A stretch of 64,000 nucleotides of DNA from Trichosphaerium sp. ATCC 40318 (GCA_038496445.1 JALMLS010000143.1:248001-312000); one strand, 5' to 3'. Shown: positions 23,460 through 36,700, counted from the stretch's first letter. Numbers and translations: made by a program. Notes: generated by a model not told the origin, from the letters alone.

Positions 23460-24616
23460 TTAGGTGAACTTTCTTGAAGGGTAAACGTAATCCTTTGCAG
23501 AAACTTGCTTACGCCTAATATTACGAACAGTGTGGCTCTCGTGCTATTTGAAAAACGTCAGAATTTAACACAGACAGCAAAATAAAAGTAACTAAAACAA
23601 AGAACAAAATGAAATAAAGTTTGTACCTGCTTGTTCATTTGTGTCCATTGTCTGAAATCGATCATGTATTGCCATTGACCAGAGTCTACAGCGTGTACAT
23701 CGCAAGCAGATGGCGTCTAGAAAAGAATTATGCGTCAGATTGATCAAAAAACGGAAAAAAATCCAAAAAAAATCCAAAAAATGTTTTTGTACCTTTTTGT
23801 ACGTCTGGTACATATCCTCAATCATCTCAGATGCTGTAAGATCGTAGTTATAGAAGCCGTTATCTTCGTATTGCCAAACCTAAATTTATCCGTTAAAATC
23901 GTTTTTACGAATTTTGTTTTTGTTTTTTTTGTTATTTTGCGATGTAATTCGCTTTAAACTCTTCTCTTACCCAGCGCAATTCACCTTCATCTTCTGATTC
24001 AACTTCTCTAGAGCCATTTGATCTCTTTGAGGCCTTTTTAGGAGTGGTCTTGCGTTTTTTTTTTGGTGATGCTCTTTTAGCTGTTCGCTTTGCTGGAGCT
24101 TTTCTTTTCTTGCCAGTACTCTTCTTGGCCTTTTTAGCTGCTGGCTTCTTTGTTCTTTTTGCAGTTTTCTTTTTCGTGGAAGCTCGCTTTTTCTTTTTTT
24201 TAGGTGCTAGTTGAGCCTAAAGCGTTGATCTTAGAATGTGGGTGCATAATTTCGGTTTAAAAAGAGTGTACCTTGAGTTTTGGTGTTGCTCGATAAGAAA
24301 GTTTGGTTTGGGCAAGCAAACCATCTTCTACGGCCAATTTGATGGCGTTGAGAACGAACCGTTTGAACTTTTCAGGTACTGGGTATGTCTCTTCAAGATA
24401 TCGACAAATAGCGACGTAACTAACAGCTTTTCGCTTCGAAGTCTCTTCTTGTACTGCGGAGATGGCATTTGCGATCATACGTAGGTAAGAAGGCTTTGTT
24501 TTGCGTGTTACAGCCTTTTTTTTCTTGACTGTTCTCTTCTTTACTAGTGTTGGCTTTGGGGCCGTAGCCTTAGGCTTCTTGTTCTTAACTTCGCGCTTTG
24601 GTTGCTTTCTTGGCAT
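23460..24616 (-). CDS. Linker histone H1-like protein (H15 globular domain plus Lys/Ala/Pro-rich tail) fused to a C-terminal WWE domain, 283 aa
   Basis: Five exons (24616-24272, 24216-23971, 23879-23793, 23716-23627, 23543-23460), all phase-0 GT-AG. H15: KPSYLRMIANAI...VSYVAICRYLEETY...LNAIKLAVEDGLLAQTKLSYR. WWE: WVWQYEDNGFYNYDLTASEMIEDMY...YMIDFRQWTQMNKQHESHTVRNIRR. Confidence 0.88.
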
Positions 24617-24965
24617 GCTTACTAGCCGTTAGATTGAAATAATTGCCAAATTTCTTTGTTGTATTTTTATCAAGTTTAAGGATAAGTTTGTAAATGTTCA
24701 CTGATACCGACTTCGAAGAAGTAGTTGACTACTAACGATTGTCGTTGTAAATACCGCTAGGATATTACCATTCGTTACGAAACTACCTTTGTATGTCGTG
24801 CAACTACAACTTAAATATGTGAGAATACTCGTTGTTCTATGAAGAATGTTGGAAGATCAAAAAAAATCTGCTTCCTATCAATATCAGAGCTCTAACGCAA
24901 TGTTATTGGTGACACCTTCGTCAGTTTCTAGATTGGTACAATACAAGAATTTTATTAGGGCTTTA

Positions 24966-25897
24966 TCATTTGATTGATTTCGAGTCTTTTTCGTAGTCTT
25001 CTTGGCTCACTCTATATGCCCAGTGTTGCAATGTCTGCCTTACTACAGGCGACACACTAGGATCATCATACGATTTTCCTGAATTTATTATCTTCTTTAC
25101 TAAGTTTCTTCGCCATCTACCACGTGGACCGCATACACCTATCGGAAATTTACTTAACGCAAAGTACAGTCTGAGTACCTATCCATCTTTCAATTTGTCT
25201 GTCATCGTCATTGGTGCGTCTTCCGTTATAGTACCTGCAATACCACTGAAACCATCCTCTGTAGTTATTAGTATAAAATTGTAGCTACACAACTAACCTA
25301 GGGTCTTGCTCTATTATCCATTTTTTACTTTCCCATTCGTTCAAGTCAGCACCACTTTTGACTTTGAAGAAATTTACATTTTTAGAGTATGAGGTATTTG
25401 TGACTTGCTTCTTAATATCCAAACCTTCAAACCTATGTTTCAGACGAGTTACTCCTTGGTCATTTGCTGTAATAGTACCAGTCTTGTGGAAGTTCTTTCC
25501 ATCCAGTATTTGGATCTTCTGCCTTCTCAACTTTGTTTGTTATCGTAGAATTGATCGTCCGAAAGTAGCCACCGCCAAAACTACCACTTTGTAGCACTTC
25601 TTTCGGCGTCTAAATAGAACATAAGTTGGTTTTGTTCAAAACCAATAGTTTCAACTTGATGTAGCCTATTCGCGTATTACACGCGTCTTCAAGGTGTAAC
25701 AGCAGTACCATATTGGGTTTGAAAGCCTTGCAATCAGGAAATACTATTTCACCTCTAGTATTACGCTCTGGCTCCACGCGGGGATCATTGTCACTATTCT
25801 CCGTGACTTTATACCTTTTTTGCCCCGAAGCGTTGCAAGTACGTCGTTTTAGTGAAGTATTTAATGCTAGGTGTCTAGCTCGTACAGTCAGTAGCAT
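24966..25897 (-). CDS. Conserved hypothetical protein with GWFQWYCRY motif
   Basis: Spliced: FKPNMTPKEVLQSGSFGGGYFR...FKVKSGADLNEWESKKWIIEQDPRGWFQWYCRYYNGRRTNDDDRQIERW...GPRGRWR...SPVVRQTLQHWAY. Confidence 0.85.
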
Positions 25898-26067
25898 CCT
25901 GAGTTCGAAGGTATGTTAGAATGGTGCACTTTCAACAAAAATCAAGATTTTGACACTTTATTGGTTACTAACGTGTGGAGTTCCAGAGCCTGGTACAGCA
26001 AGCTACCGATTGACAGGTGACTGGAATTGACTCATAACGAAATTAGCAATACGTTTGCTTGCATGTG

Positions 26068-29000
26068 ATGTACAAAGACAGTTATATCTGTAAAAGCGAT
26101 GAGTTGCTCTATGTATGTTTGGGTGTGTAATGTTGCTGATTTCTTGGTAGGGATCCTACGTTTATACGGAGCCGAAGTCTCCAAGCGGTTCCTATACGTA
26201 CCAAACGCCCGATAATTACCTTAGCCATTACGAAGGCGTAATACACGACAATTTATACAGTAGCGCAACTGCTGCTTATGGCATTCAGTCCAGTGAGCAA
26301 CAAACAACCCCTAGAAGGCAAAACAGCCGTAATTGGAGCCAAGAGTTTTATAATCTTCAAGTACGCGGTTTTTATTTAGCATCTTAGGCGCCAAAACTTA
26401 TAATAACGCGTTTAATAAAGGGAAAAGTGACGTTAGGCAGAAACAGCACGGACAGACAACCAAACGCCAACACAGTACGAAGCAACAGTTAACAGCAATG
26501 TCAATTGAGACTTGGCTCTGTTTTCTATTTGTCACGCTTCTCTTTTGCCTCAAGTATTACCAACACATTACGTTTTAGGTCAGCGGACTTTGTGACATTC
26601 AATCAGCATTCGCTGCACGTGCCACTGAAATAGGAAAAATAATAATTGCTGAGAGATTTGTACCTCTAAAAGATCGCAAAATTAAGCCTGTAGATGTTGG
26701 CGGTACGTCTCAATTTAATCTTAATTTGAACTGATATTTTCTGAAGGGATAGCTGGCGGCTCTAAATTTATTGTTGAAGGTATTTTCTTCAAGTTTGCAA
26801 CTGATGGTAAGCTAAGAAATGTTTTATTGTTTTTGCTTTGTTGGTCTATTGTTAACTTGTATTTTTGTAGAAAGGAACCTGTACGGTGGTGATGAATACG
26901 CAATGAAGAGTGTAAACCATGAAGTGAAGGGTATTACAAGTCTGATAGATTGGCAGCTGGATACAGTTGGCTTACATCAAATCAAGTTCCCTATTTTGGT
27001 AGTAATTGATTATTTGGGATATCGTCTTTCGGCTTCTTCAGTCCTACCATTGGGAAAAGAAACATTAGTAATTGGTTCTGCTGATGGAGGTATTACCATT
27101 AATCAGCCAGGTGAAAATGCGAAGCAAAGCGCAAAGTATTTGAATGACCTTGTCCATCTTTGGTTGTCAAGGGTAAATCTCGCAAGTCATTGTATTATTA
27201 GTAGAAAGAACAAAACGAAAAGTAAGCCAATATTGGGTCCTTTTGATTTGGAAGGTCATGTTAGTTATGATGGACATTTGTATATATGCGATCTAGCACG
27301 ACTTTTTCCTCCAGCAGCAAGACAAAAAGGTAAATCTACTTCTGTTTGAGTACCTTCTTCGAAAACAAGAATTTTCTAAGATTAATTAAAAATTAGGTTT
27401 ACTTGGTTGCCACTTGTATAGATTACTCCGACCAGAGTTTTGCAAAAAGTACACATATCCTTTATGCTCAGACGGTAATAATCCACTAAAAAAAATCATG
27501 TAAACTATCCAGTAAATAATTGTTTAGCGTTCATTCCATTGGTAGAAAATGTGGATAAATTTAATAAAGATATCCGTATTGCTACTGAATATTTAGAGGT
27601 ACACGTGATTAATATTATTTTTTCTATACCCCATGTAGTTGTTAACTGTAAATTAAGGATGTTGTTTTACCCTGGAGTGCTGCTATTTTATCATCGTTCC
27701 CTTGTTTACCACCTTTACGTGTTTTAAGGGTACGTACCTACATTACTTCCAAGAACCTCAAGTTTCTTATTGTTTTATTGTTTAGCTCATTATCCATCAA
27801 CATGGATTAAATTACCGATATATATGGCTGCTTGCTCAATATGTTACCACACCAGCACTTAAACAAGCACTACTGACGGTACATTATTCACAACATGAGT
27901 TTGGGTTTTTTCTCACTGTTTTAAAGGAAGTAGTTGCACGCACTCTGAAGAATATCATTAGACACCGCTTACGCAAATCTGGTAATAATGCAGGTTAGTA
28001 CTCCTTCTTTATCTTGTCTTAGTCTCATATTGTTTTTTGTTAGCCTTTGGCAACGAAATGGGTAAAGTCCTATCTTTGGCGCTTACAGAATCAGATGCAG
28101 GAGATGCGTTTTGGGTGCAACTTCAAGCTGAAGTAAAAAAGAGGTTTGTTATAAGGAGTAAAGTACCAGAGAGTGTAAAAGAGATGCACGCCCTTGCGAA
28201 AACTGTATCTCCAAGACGTTTAAATGAGACTATAACATCATACATCTACGCTCTTGCCATTAATGATGAACCCAAGGTATGTTTTGCAACTCCTTGTTTG
28301 CCTGAGTTATTGCAATACTACTTCTAATCACAATGAATAGGATTCACCTTTAGGCGATATTGTTGTTGTAAAGCGGAGTGATTTATCTCCATCATTATTG
28401 ATACATAGCCTTCAAGAATTGTTGTCGTTTTCGTTTAAACAATCATCACTTGAACGGTTTGAACGTATTTTTAGTGGGCAACCAGGTGAGCCTTCTCCTA
28501 AGAAGAGTGTTACTTGTGAATGTGGAAATCCGGCAATATCCAGAAGTGTAACAAAGGGTCCAAACAAAGGTAAGTTAATACTGTATAGTTAAATGCTGAT
28601 TCATATTTGTAGGGCGCTCAATGTGGTGTTGTGCAAAAATTATAAATGATAAATGTAATTTCTTTGAGTGGGTATGCGAAGATAATTCACGGAACAAGTT
28701 TATTGTTACAGCTGATGATATTGAAGCAAGTTGGCCAAAGTACTAAACCACAAACAAATGTTTGTTGCTTTGTTTTTAACCTCCTTTGACCTTAGAGTCC
28801 GTAAGAGCTATCTCTCATATTTTCAAGACGCCGTACAATTCAAATCAGTTGCAGACGCAGCAGAAGATTTTCACTCTCACGAGTTATACCTGAAGAAAGC
28901 AGCCGGTAAGTACTTTTTTTTGTTTAACTATTTTCTTTCTTATTTTTTCTTATTTAGACTGTTACATGTCTTGCTTGGAAATCAATACACGGAATGCTTT

Positions 29001-29657
29001 TGCTCTTCATAATCTTTCACGTATATTGAAAGAACTATCAGCTTTTAGTATACACTTGCCAGATATAAGTTTCGAGTATAGTTTCCTTTCAAAGCGGTTT
29101 AACAGCTTAGCGAACAAACTTAAGCCAGAACTAAAAAATTTCAAAGCTGATGTTTATCGCAACAGTGACATACGTAAAGATGATAAAGTACGCAACTGAT
29201 ATTAATTTGATAAATAAGTGCTAAGCGGGTGTTTTTATTCAGGTAGTAGAAGTGCAAGCGGGTTTTTGGTGTCGATTGGGTGTTGTCAAGAGTGTTGCTG
29301 TTATTTTTCATGAATGTCACAATCTCAAGGTTTTAATGGTCAGTGAACCTGATACATTCAGATCTTTCGGTGATGAGATATGGACTGCACTTTCTTTACA
29401 CTATGGAGACAGACTTCCATTGCGTTTGACACATCAGGTAGACCAGATAACGAAAATCCAAAAGCAATTCTGATTTTTTTCTTAAGGTTTGGTGTACACT
29501 TGATGTGTTTCTTGGTATTCAAGCAGTTCAAGGTTTTCACTTTACTGCATTATTTCAGCAACTGACTTTATCTAATTCTGATGTAAATTTTTCTACTTGG
29601 TCGTCTATGGTTGATGTATTTGTAAAACATTTGTATATTAGAAGTTTACGAACATAA
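26068..29657 (+). CDS. CLU (clustered-mitochondria-like) domain protein with an internal GRF-type zinc finger
   Basis: RNWSQEF, GGIAGGSKF...GIFFKFATD, IDYLGYRL, GSADGG, DLEGHVSYDGHLYICDLARLFPP, LYRLLRPEF; zinc finger CECG...SVTKGPNKGRSMWCC...CNFFEW at about 28513-28671. Ends approximate. Confidence 0.85.
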
Positions 29658-29994
29658 AACTGTAACTACTAAACCCTTTGTAGTTTAAGTATTTCTTTAT
29701 GTTCAAACACCTCAAGATTAAGTAATACATACACTTGTGGGAAACCATCTTATGCTTGAACTTGTGATATGAAAAAACGTTTAAGGCAATCATTGACTGA
29801 ACTAGAAATATTGCTGAAGGTAAATGTATTCAATGACGTAGGTCAATATCTATAGGTATTCAAGATTTGCTACTACTTTTCTGTTGAATAGCTACTTTTG
29901 TAGAGACCCAACGCGTAAACTTTTGCACTAGAAGACCCAACGCGTAAACAACCAAAATTTTTGAACTAGTTCTTATTTCTTATACTGGATTCAA

Positions 29995-30475
29995 CTATTT
30001 ATCAAGAAAATTTTCAAACGACCACTCTTGGTTACACAATGGACAGACGTTCCTAAATTAGACACATATTAGTTCGATAACAACCAAACTAGTTTGAAAC
30101 TAACCTTATTTTTAGCCACCGTTTCATGCAACAAAAATGAAACGAATGTCCACAACTTCCCATCACTGAACGACAGCCTGCGTGATGAATTGGCGTACGA
30201 ATATTTTTAGGATAAACGCTTGACGTACAGGGACCACAATCAACATTCTTTCCCATTTCAGCTTGATTGGTTATACAATTATCCATAATATGATTACGGC
30301 ATATGGCACAGTTCTGTACTCCTCCTCCTAGGTATATGTAAAAGGTATATACGCCAATAAGGTTCTTTGTACAAAAAAACATACCAGACCAAACCCACAC
30401 AGCAACAGCGTTCCATTTTTTGATTGTAAACTTTTTTTTATGTTCTCGTTGTGAGCACTTTACTGTGGAGATCAT
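29995..30475 (-). CDS. RBX1/ROC-like RING protein (divergent)
   Basis: [57 protein letters not shown] across three introns. Confidence 0.9.
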
Positions 30476-30908
30476 GAGATGTATGATAATTTATTTTAAA
30501 TGTGTGGCGACTTGTTGCGGTTGTTGTAATAATGTTAACTGGAAGGATCTTGTTTTAGACCATTCAGAGAATATCAAAATAAAGACGCTACTTTCTGTTT
30601 CCATGAAGATTTACTCCCTTGGGTCGTACGCCATGAAGTGACAGATTTCATAAAGCTGTATTGTGTGTAGAGATTACAATATGGCTCAGGCAAAACAATC
30701 AATCGAAAACAATGCATCATGTAGGAAGTGTTCGAAATAATCCATTGCTGTATTTTGGTTTAGCTGCTAGCAGACTTCCATATCTTCAGGACCTTTTTTG
30801 CAATAAAGTAAACCATCCCTATATTGCAAGTCCGTATTGTCAATGATATTATTTGTCACCGTTATTAAAGGTTCACAATCCACCAAAGAAAATAGCAACA
30901 ACATTTGT

Positions 30909-32123
30909 TTATTGTTTTTTTTCATTATATTTCGCTAACAACTCTCCAATGACATTCTCAATTGACATTGGTTCATATTTTTTTACCTCATTCGTTTCAA
31001 CAATACAATCCATTACGTAATCAGGCCTAGGTGATGCAAAAAAAGCAATTGACAAACGCTCCTACATCGCTTAGTTAGCTAACACTTTTTGACATTATGG
31101 AAACTAAAAAAAACATACAGCTTCATTTGGTGCCCATCTTACTCTGTGTGGTGTTGGTCTCCATTTATCGTTTGTCCACCTACCCATTACCAAACCAATG
31201 TTTATAAAAAAAGCATCAGGAACGTAATCAGCGAATACCTAAAGGAATATAAATCAATGTCTTTCTTTGCTGTTGTTGGTTTTTAAGTCATCTCTTACCC
31301 ACTCATTGTTCTTTTTCTTGACCTCTAACGATTCTTTTACATCGGTCATTGCTAGAATAGTAATAGAAGTGTAGTCAAAGTGCTCAGGCATTCTTAGTTG
31401 ATTCTCTTTAGGCTTCACTTTTGGATACTTGTACGCTTTCAACAGCAATCCTCCGTCTTTGTGCGAATCAATAAGATCCTTTGGGTCAACTTTTAAAGCC
31501 TGAGCGGATATTCTGCAGAGAGCACATGATAAGTAATAGATCTACAAGGGAGGCCGTACCTCAATAATGTAAACATTAAATTCTTAACGGCATAGTAGTA
31601 GTCACGTGTTGCAACATCGTATTCATGAGATTTGGGTGGTATGTTACGAGCATAAAATAAATGATTATCTAACCCTTCTGGAGGTATTGCGTATGGACCA
31701 ACACTAAATTTTTCAAGAGGATCATTTGGTAATCCAGGTTTTCCCTAGTATTTCAACAGTGTTAGAAAACGGTCAATACAAACCATGGCAACGTACAAAT
31801 GCGAAATTTATGTTTTCAGATTCTATTGGACAATAGCCAGGTCCAAAACTTTTCGTATTTACCACTTTCATCTTTTCATTGAGTGGCTTGTTGAAGAACT
31901 TTGCTGATTGCTCCATCATACCTTCGACTACACTATTATCTATACCATGACCTGTTATATAAAGACATCCGATATTGGTAAAGGCTAAAAGGAGTGTCAA
32001 ACGTGACATGAAAGAGAACCAGATTTTTTTTTTGATTACCATTTTCGATGGCATTAACTACTTCTTGTTTTTTCTCTGGAACACCAGAGAAGAAAGGAGA
32101 TATATCTACTACAGCGAGACCAT
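30909..32123 (-). CDS. 2-oxoglutarate/Fe(II) dioxygenase (DIOX_N/IPNS-like)
   Basis: VVDISPF...IGCLYITGHGI N-domain; HFDYTSITIL (HxD), TPHRV (distal His), RLSIAFF (RxS). Confidence 0.92.
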
Positions 32124-32469
32124 TATCTAAGATACCTTTAAACCGTATTAGTTAGTGGTACACGTCATACCGAAAAAATTTCGTACGACAGACAGGCCGT
32201 TGACTATTATTTGAGGACATGAGGATGTGTAGAGTATTTGTTGGTTATAAAAGCCAAATTAAGAGGTAAGTCAAAAAATCAATCTAAATAAGTCTAAAAC
32301 GTAATCACGTGCTAGGTGTACGCGTAGTACTTAATCTTACAGTCAAATTTTGTATTTTACCTGAATTTTTTACCAGACAACCTTTTGAGTAAACATGCAC
32401 CAATTATTGGGTTCTAAGACTGTACTCTCTTCTCCATTTAGATAATTATACTCATTGTGTACCACCTCT

Positions 32470-33214
32470 GGTGTTCATCGATTTACCATTAATTGTTGAG
32501 GTAGCTATATTGTGGCTCTCGTGAACGTTTCTCTTCAATACTCTTGACGTAGGCAACAATACTGTTATTTTTGATTGACATCTTTATTGACAAATATTAT
32601 GTGGTTAAATAGGATCATGAATCTGTACTAAGATAATGTAACCGACAATACCATTCTAATATCGCGTGTTGACAGCAATTTAATAACCTCAGACTCAAAA
32701 ACAAGCACTTGGTATAGTGCCCAGGCACCCATCAGAAGAGTCAGCAAAATACACCTTGAAAGTCATGCTTTTCTCTATAAAATGACCATACGTTGAAAAT
32801 GACAAGCGCTGTTATGAAAGAACCAATAGATGTAATCACAGAGTTTCTTATTTTTGTATAAATATAAACGGTGAAGAGAATGATTAAACCAGGGAATATC
32901 CAAATGTGTGGAGATAGTTTACAGATTGCTATGTGTAAGAATATTACTGGGTCATGAAAAGTATTGCAGGAGTACATACAATCGATTTAGCAGCCACAAA
33001 TGCAACAGATGAATGGATTAATCCACTACTTTCTAGAGTAAAGGTTTTAAGTATTTATGGTTGTAAACTGATTACAAAAAAATATATTGGCACTCTTAGC
33101 AACACTAACATCAGATTGATAAATGATTTATGCGAATGGCATTTCTTTTCGTTTACTTCTAGTTCTAAAGACTTACAAATAGAAAGTTTTAATAAAAGTT
33201 ACAGGTGGTGGTGA
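32470..33214 (+). pseudogene. Decayed F-box/LRR family relic
   Basis: FIDLP-like start near 32475 and LRR remnants IAGVHTIDLAATNATDE and VKVLSIYGCKLIT; interrupted frames. Confidence 0.55.
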
Positions 33215-33505
33215 GTTCATGCTGTATCTTAAGTTCTATTTACTAGTAATACTCCATACACTTTTATCATGTAAACTATCGTATATATACCGGCCATGAG
33301 ACACCACTCGATGATAAAATTCGTGCAAGGCAATTACCCGCTAAACACCCAAAGTCATTTTCGGTTTGTACCTCCAATGGTCAACGAATTAATCAATTGC
33401 TTTCTTTTATAGTCACACAAGACCGACACAACAAGGTCAAAGATGCAACAACAAGTCAATTATTGTCGCAATATATTCAAACCACGGCCGACGAAGAATA
33501 AACAC

Positions 33506-33720
33506 GTGGTTTGAAAGCGTTGGGAAATGTACACTATCAATTTGGATTCTTGTAAATTGATAACAGATGAGGGTGCAAAAGCTTTAGCAAGAGTACATAC
33601 TATCAACTGAGCCGGTGTTACAGAATAGCAAATAAGGGCATAAAAGCCATGGCTGGAGTACATAAAATTGATTTACAATTTACCAATGTTACCAAGGGAG
33701 GGCGTTCACACCATCAACTT
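33506..33720 (+). pseudogene. LRR fragment, near-copy of 38636-38820
   Basis: About 180 bp closely similar to 38636-38820 (INLDSCKLITDEG, GVHKIDLQF) with the same frame breaks. Confidence 0.75.
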
Positions 33721-33746
33721 GCACCAGTACTTTTTTTAAAGCCTAC

Positions 33747-36700
33747 AAAACCTTGAAAACCACTATAGCTGTTGACGTGCGTCTAATATTATTACATAGA
33801 TACGCGTTCATCATCTGAAGTGGTCGGTATGTAAACAGGTCAACAAACAACTGAAGTGAAGTTATGCTTCATTGTCCTGTGACTATTGAAGTTATTGTAA
33901 CAAGTGACCCAAAAATGAAATTATATTTCTCTTTTTTTAATTCTTTGATTGCATCGTCTCTTCGGATTATCACCCACCATCCCGACTAAATTACAAACAC
34001 TAATAGAAAAAACAAACAAACAACTCAAAATCAAACTGGATTGCAAGTCACGTGCCAAGATGACGGTTTACATCTCAAATTACTCTAAATGGTTTATTCT
34101 TTGTAAGTGGCTATAATTGTATGACCGGTAGAATAAATAAGGGGCAGTCCAATTATACCCTACATAGAGTATTTTGTAACGCAGTACAATAACAGCTTAT
34201 AAAGTTTTTTTTATGACTTGGAGAAAAACAAAAGTCTTATCTGATAAAACAACATTGTTATTTTATTTGAAGCACACTGTACTTTTAAGGCAAGTTCATG
34301 ACGTATTCCTTCATGGCTGCGAATTTAGGACTTCCCCATCCTGAGACTGCATCCCATCCTTCTACAGCACCTAATAAAACGTAAGAAGGTGAACTGACAA
34401 GTACTACTTCAAAAGCTTACCGTAACCATATTGGCAACATCTACCTTGAGTACATGTGTTGTCACCGACAGTAATATCGGTAAAGTATTTTGATTGGTCT
34501 TCACCCATCTTATATAGGACTTGGTTCAAGAAACCTAAAGGTTGCTTACCAGCTTCCATACGCGCATCGTTCAATAAAGAGACCTAGAAACAAAACTCAG
34601 ACTTCGCGAAAACTAGGAAGTAAAAAAACTAATTTTCTTACGATTGCGGCGATAGTTGGTGTCGATGCTGAGGTACCAGCACTTTGAGAAGTTTTTCCAT
34701 TTTGAATGATCAAGATACGAGACCCAGTAGCGGAGATATCAGGGTATCCACGGTTAGTCTTGGTCCAGTATTGGTTTGGTGGAAGAATAGCATTTGAGGA
34801 GGTATATTTAGCAACAGCAGCTTGTTGCCATGATGGTGTTGCAGTGATCTCAGAGAATCCACCTCCAGTTGTCCATCGGAAAAGGGTGTTGTTCTATAAA
34901 GGACAATTAGAATTTTAAACATACAGACTATTTTGAGTACGTACAAACATGCAAGGATGCTCAAGTTTTGCTGTTGTGCAAGGATACCCTTGGTTACAGA
35001 TTGAAGGAGTGCTTGTGCTTCCACTTCCAATAACGGTAGTAGCACTGTATAGATATTATTAGTTTTGAAATACTAAAGAAACGTACGAAGTAGTGGTAAC
35101 CCAGTCAGAACTAGCAGGGTAGATACCAAAGACAGGATGAGTTGTATTTAGACAACCTTAAAAGTTATGTTACTTCAGTTTCTCCGCAAGAGAGGTACCT
35201 GTGTTCAAGTTTCCTGCAGCACCTTGATCACCCTAAATTCTACACGTAAGATAAAATACGTTAGAGCGCTGATTTATACGTACAGAAGCAACAATCCATG
35301 ATACTCCAGTAGCACTCACTTTTTGGATTTCTGTGTTGGCACGTGCAATGTAAGCTTTTACATCACCATTATCACATTTTGCGTGTGTAACGGAAGCTTG
35401 GCATGTTGCGACTTCAGGCCATCCGTATGATACAGAGACAACTTGTGGGCGACTGTCATGATTGAAAACCTCAAGAGCAGCTTCGTATAGCCATCCGTCT
35501 TCAATAGACCAATACCTTAGGTATCACGTGTTAGAGTACAAAATTTTACAAAAAAAAGAGCAATTGTCTTACCAGTTCTTAACTTTACTTCCTAGACCCA
35601 TTACGATTTCAATATCAAGAGTACTTTCACCATCGAAACCTTAAAACAATAAGTCAATCACGTTTTTGTTTCAACAAAAAGGGTTGAGTACTTACCGCCT
35701 TGTTGGTATTTTCCTACAATTGTAGTAAAGTTTGTAAATACTTCATCAGCTTCCTTGGCGTATGTTGCCATGTCTGAGGAAAGTATTAAGTAATATATTT
35801 CAAAGAATGTTCTCAAAAACAAGCAAGGGAAAGAGGAAAAAGGTGAAGTACGAGCCTGTGAACAATGGTCCTGCTACAGGAAGAAATTCAAGAATACATT
35901 GAGCTGTCTTGTCATTTTGGGCTGCCTTTGAACAAGTCAGTGGATTACGGGATACAAACTACGTACCAAGTGTGGTGGAATACCATAAAGGCTGCGAACA
36001 GTAGATGTGACGACGGAACCGTACGAATACGGATCAACGTTCTTAGAGGTATCGAGTTTGTCAGGGTAGATTGGGAAAGCAGTCAATCCAGTGACAATAT
36101 CAACGTGTTCTGAGATTTCTTTTGGGATGGTGGCACCACCCAATTGTCTGAAGGCTCTGTAACCTAACAGATATTGTAAGATAGGCACGAAAAGTAAACA
36201 GAAGTTTCAAACAGCATTGGTTCACGAAACTCACCTTTGTTAATGTGCTCGAACTCATGTACTCTAGTGTTGAATATATCCTCTACAGCCGCAGTAGTAG
36301 CTTCAATCTTCAAAGCATCACCTAATTCAAGAACACTGACGCCTTTGAACATTGATTAAAAAGTAATGTCACGTTATAATTGATGTACCATCGAACTGGG
36401 TAAAAAAGGCTGATACTTTGTCCATTACCTCTTGAGGTGGAGATATAAGATCCATAACCTCTTTTGTGGTCACGTGCTTGCTGTTGGAAAAGTTAGGCGA
36501 CATTCATTTTGGTAAACAATACCATAAACGTTGGCAGGTACCAACGCATTATTAAAAATAACCGGTTGCACAGCAGGAAAAAAGTGAACAAAGTTTTCTT
36601 ACCTGAAATTAGGAGATTCTGGGTCGCTTCTGTCAAGAACGATAGCCTATGAGATATCAGCTGTACAGTATAAATCTAGCGCACCTCTAACATCTTCAGG

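Noticed and set aside
29895-29950. Short direct repeat AGACCCAACGCGTAAAC, two copies
   Set aside because: A single local duplication with no further copies or structure.
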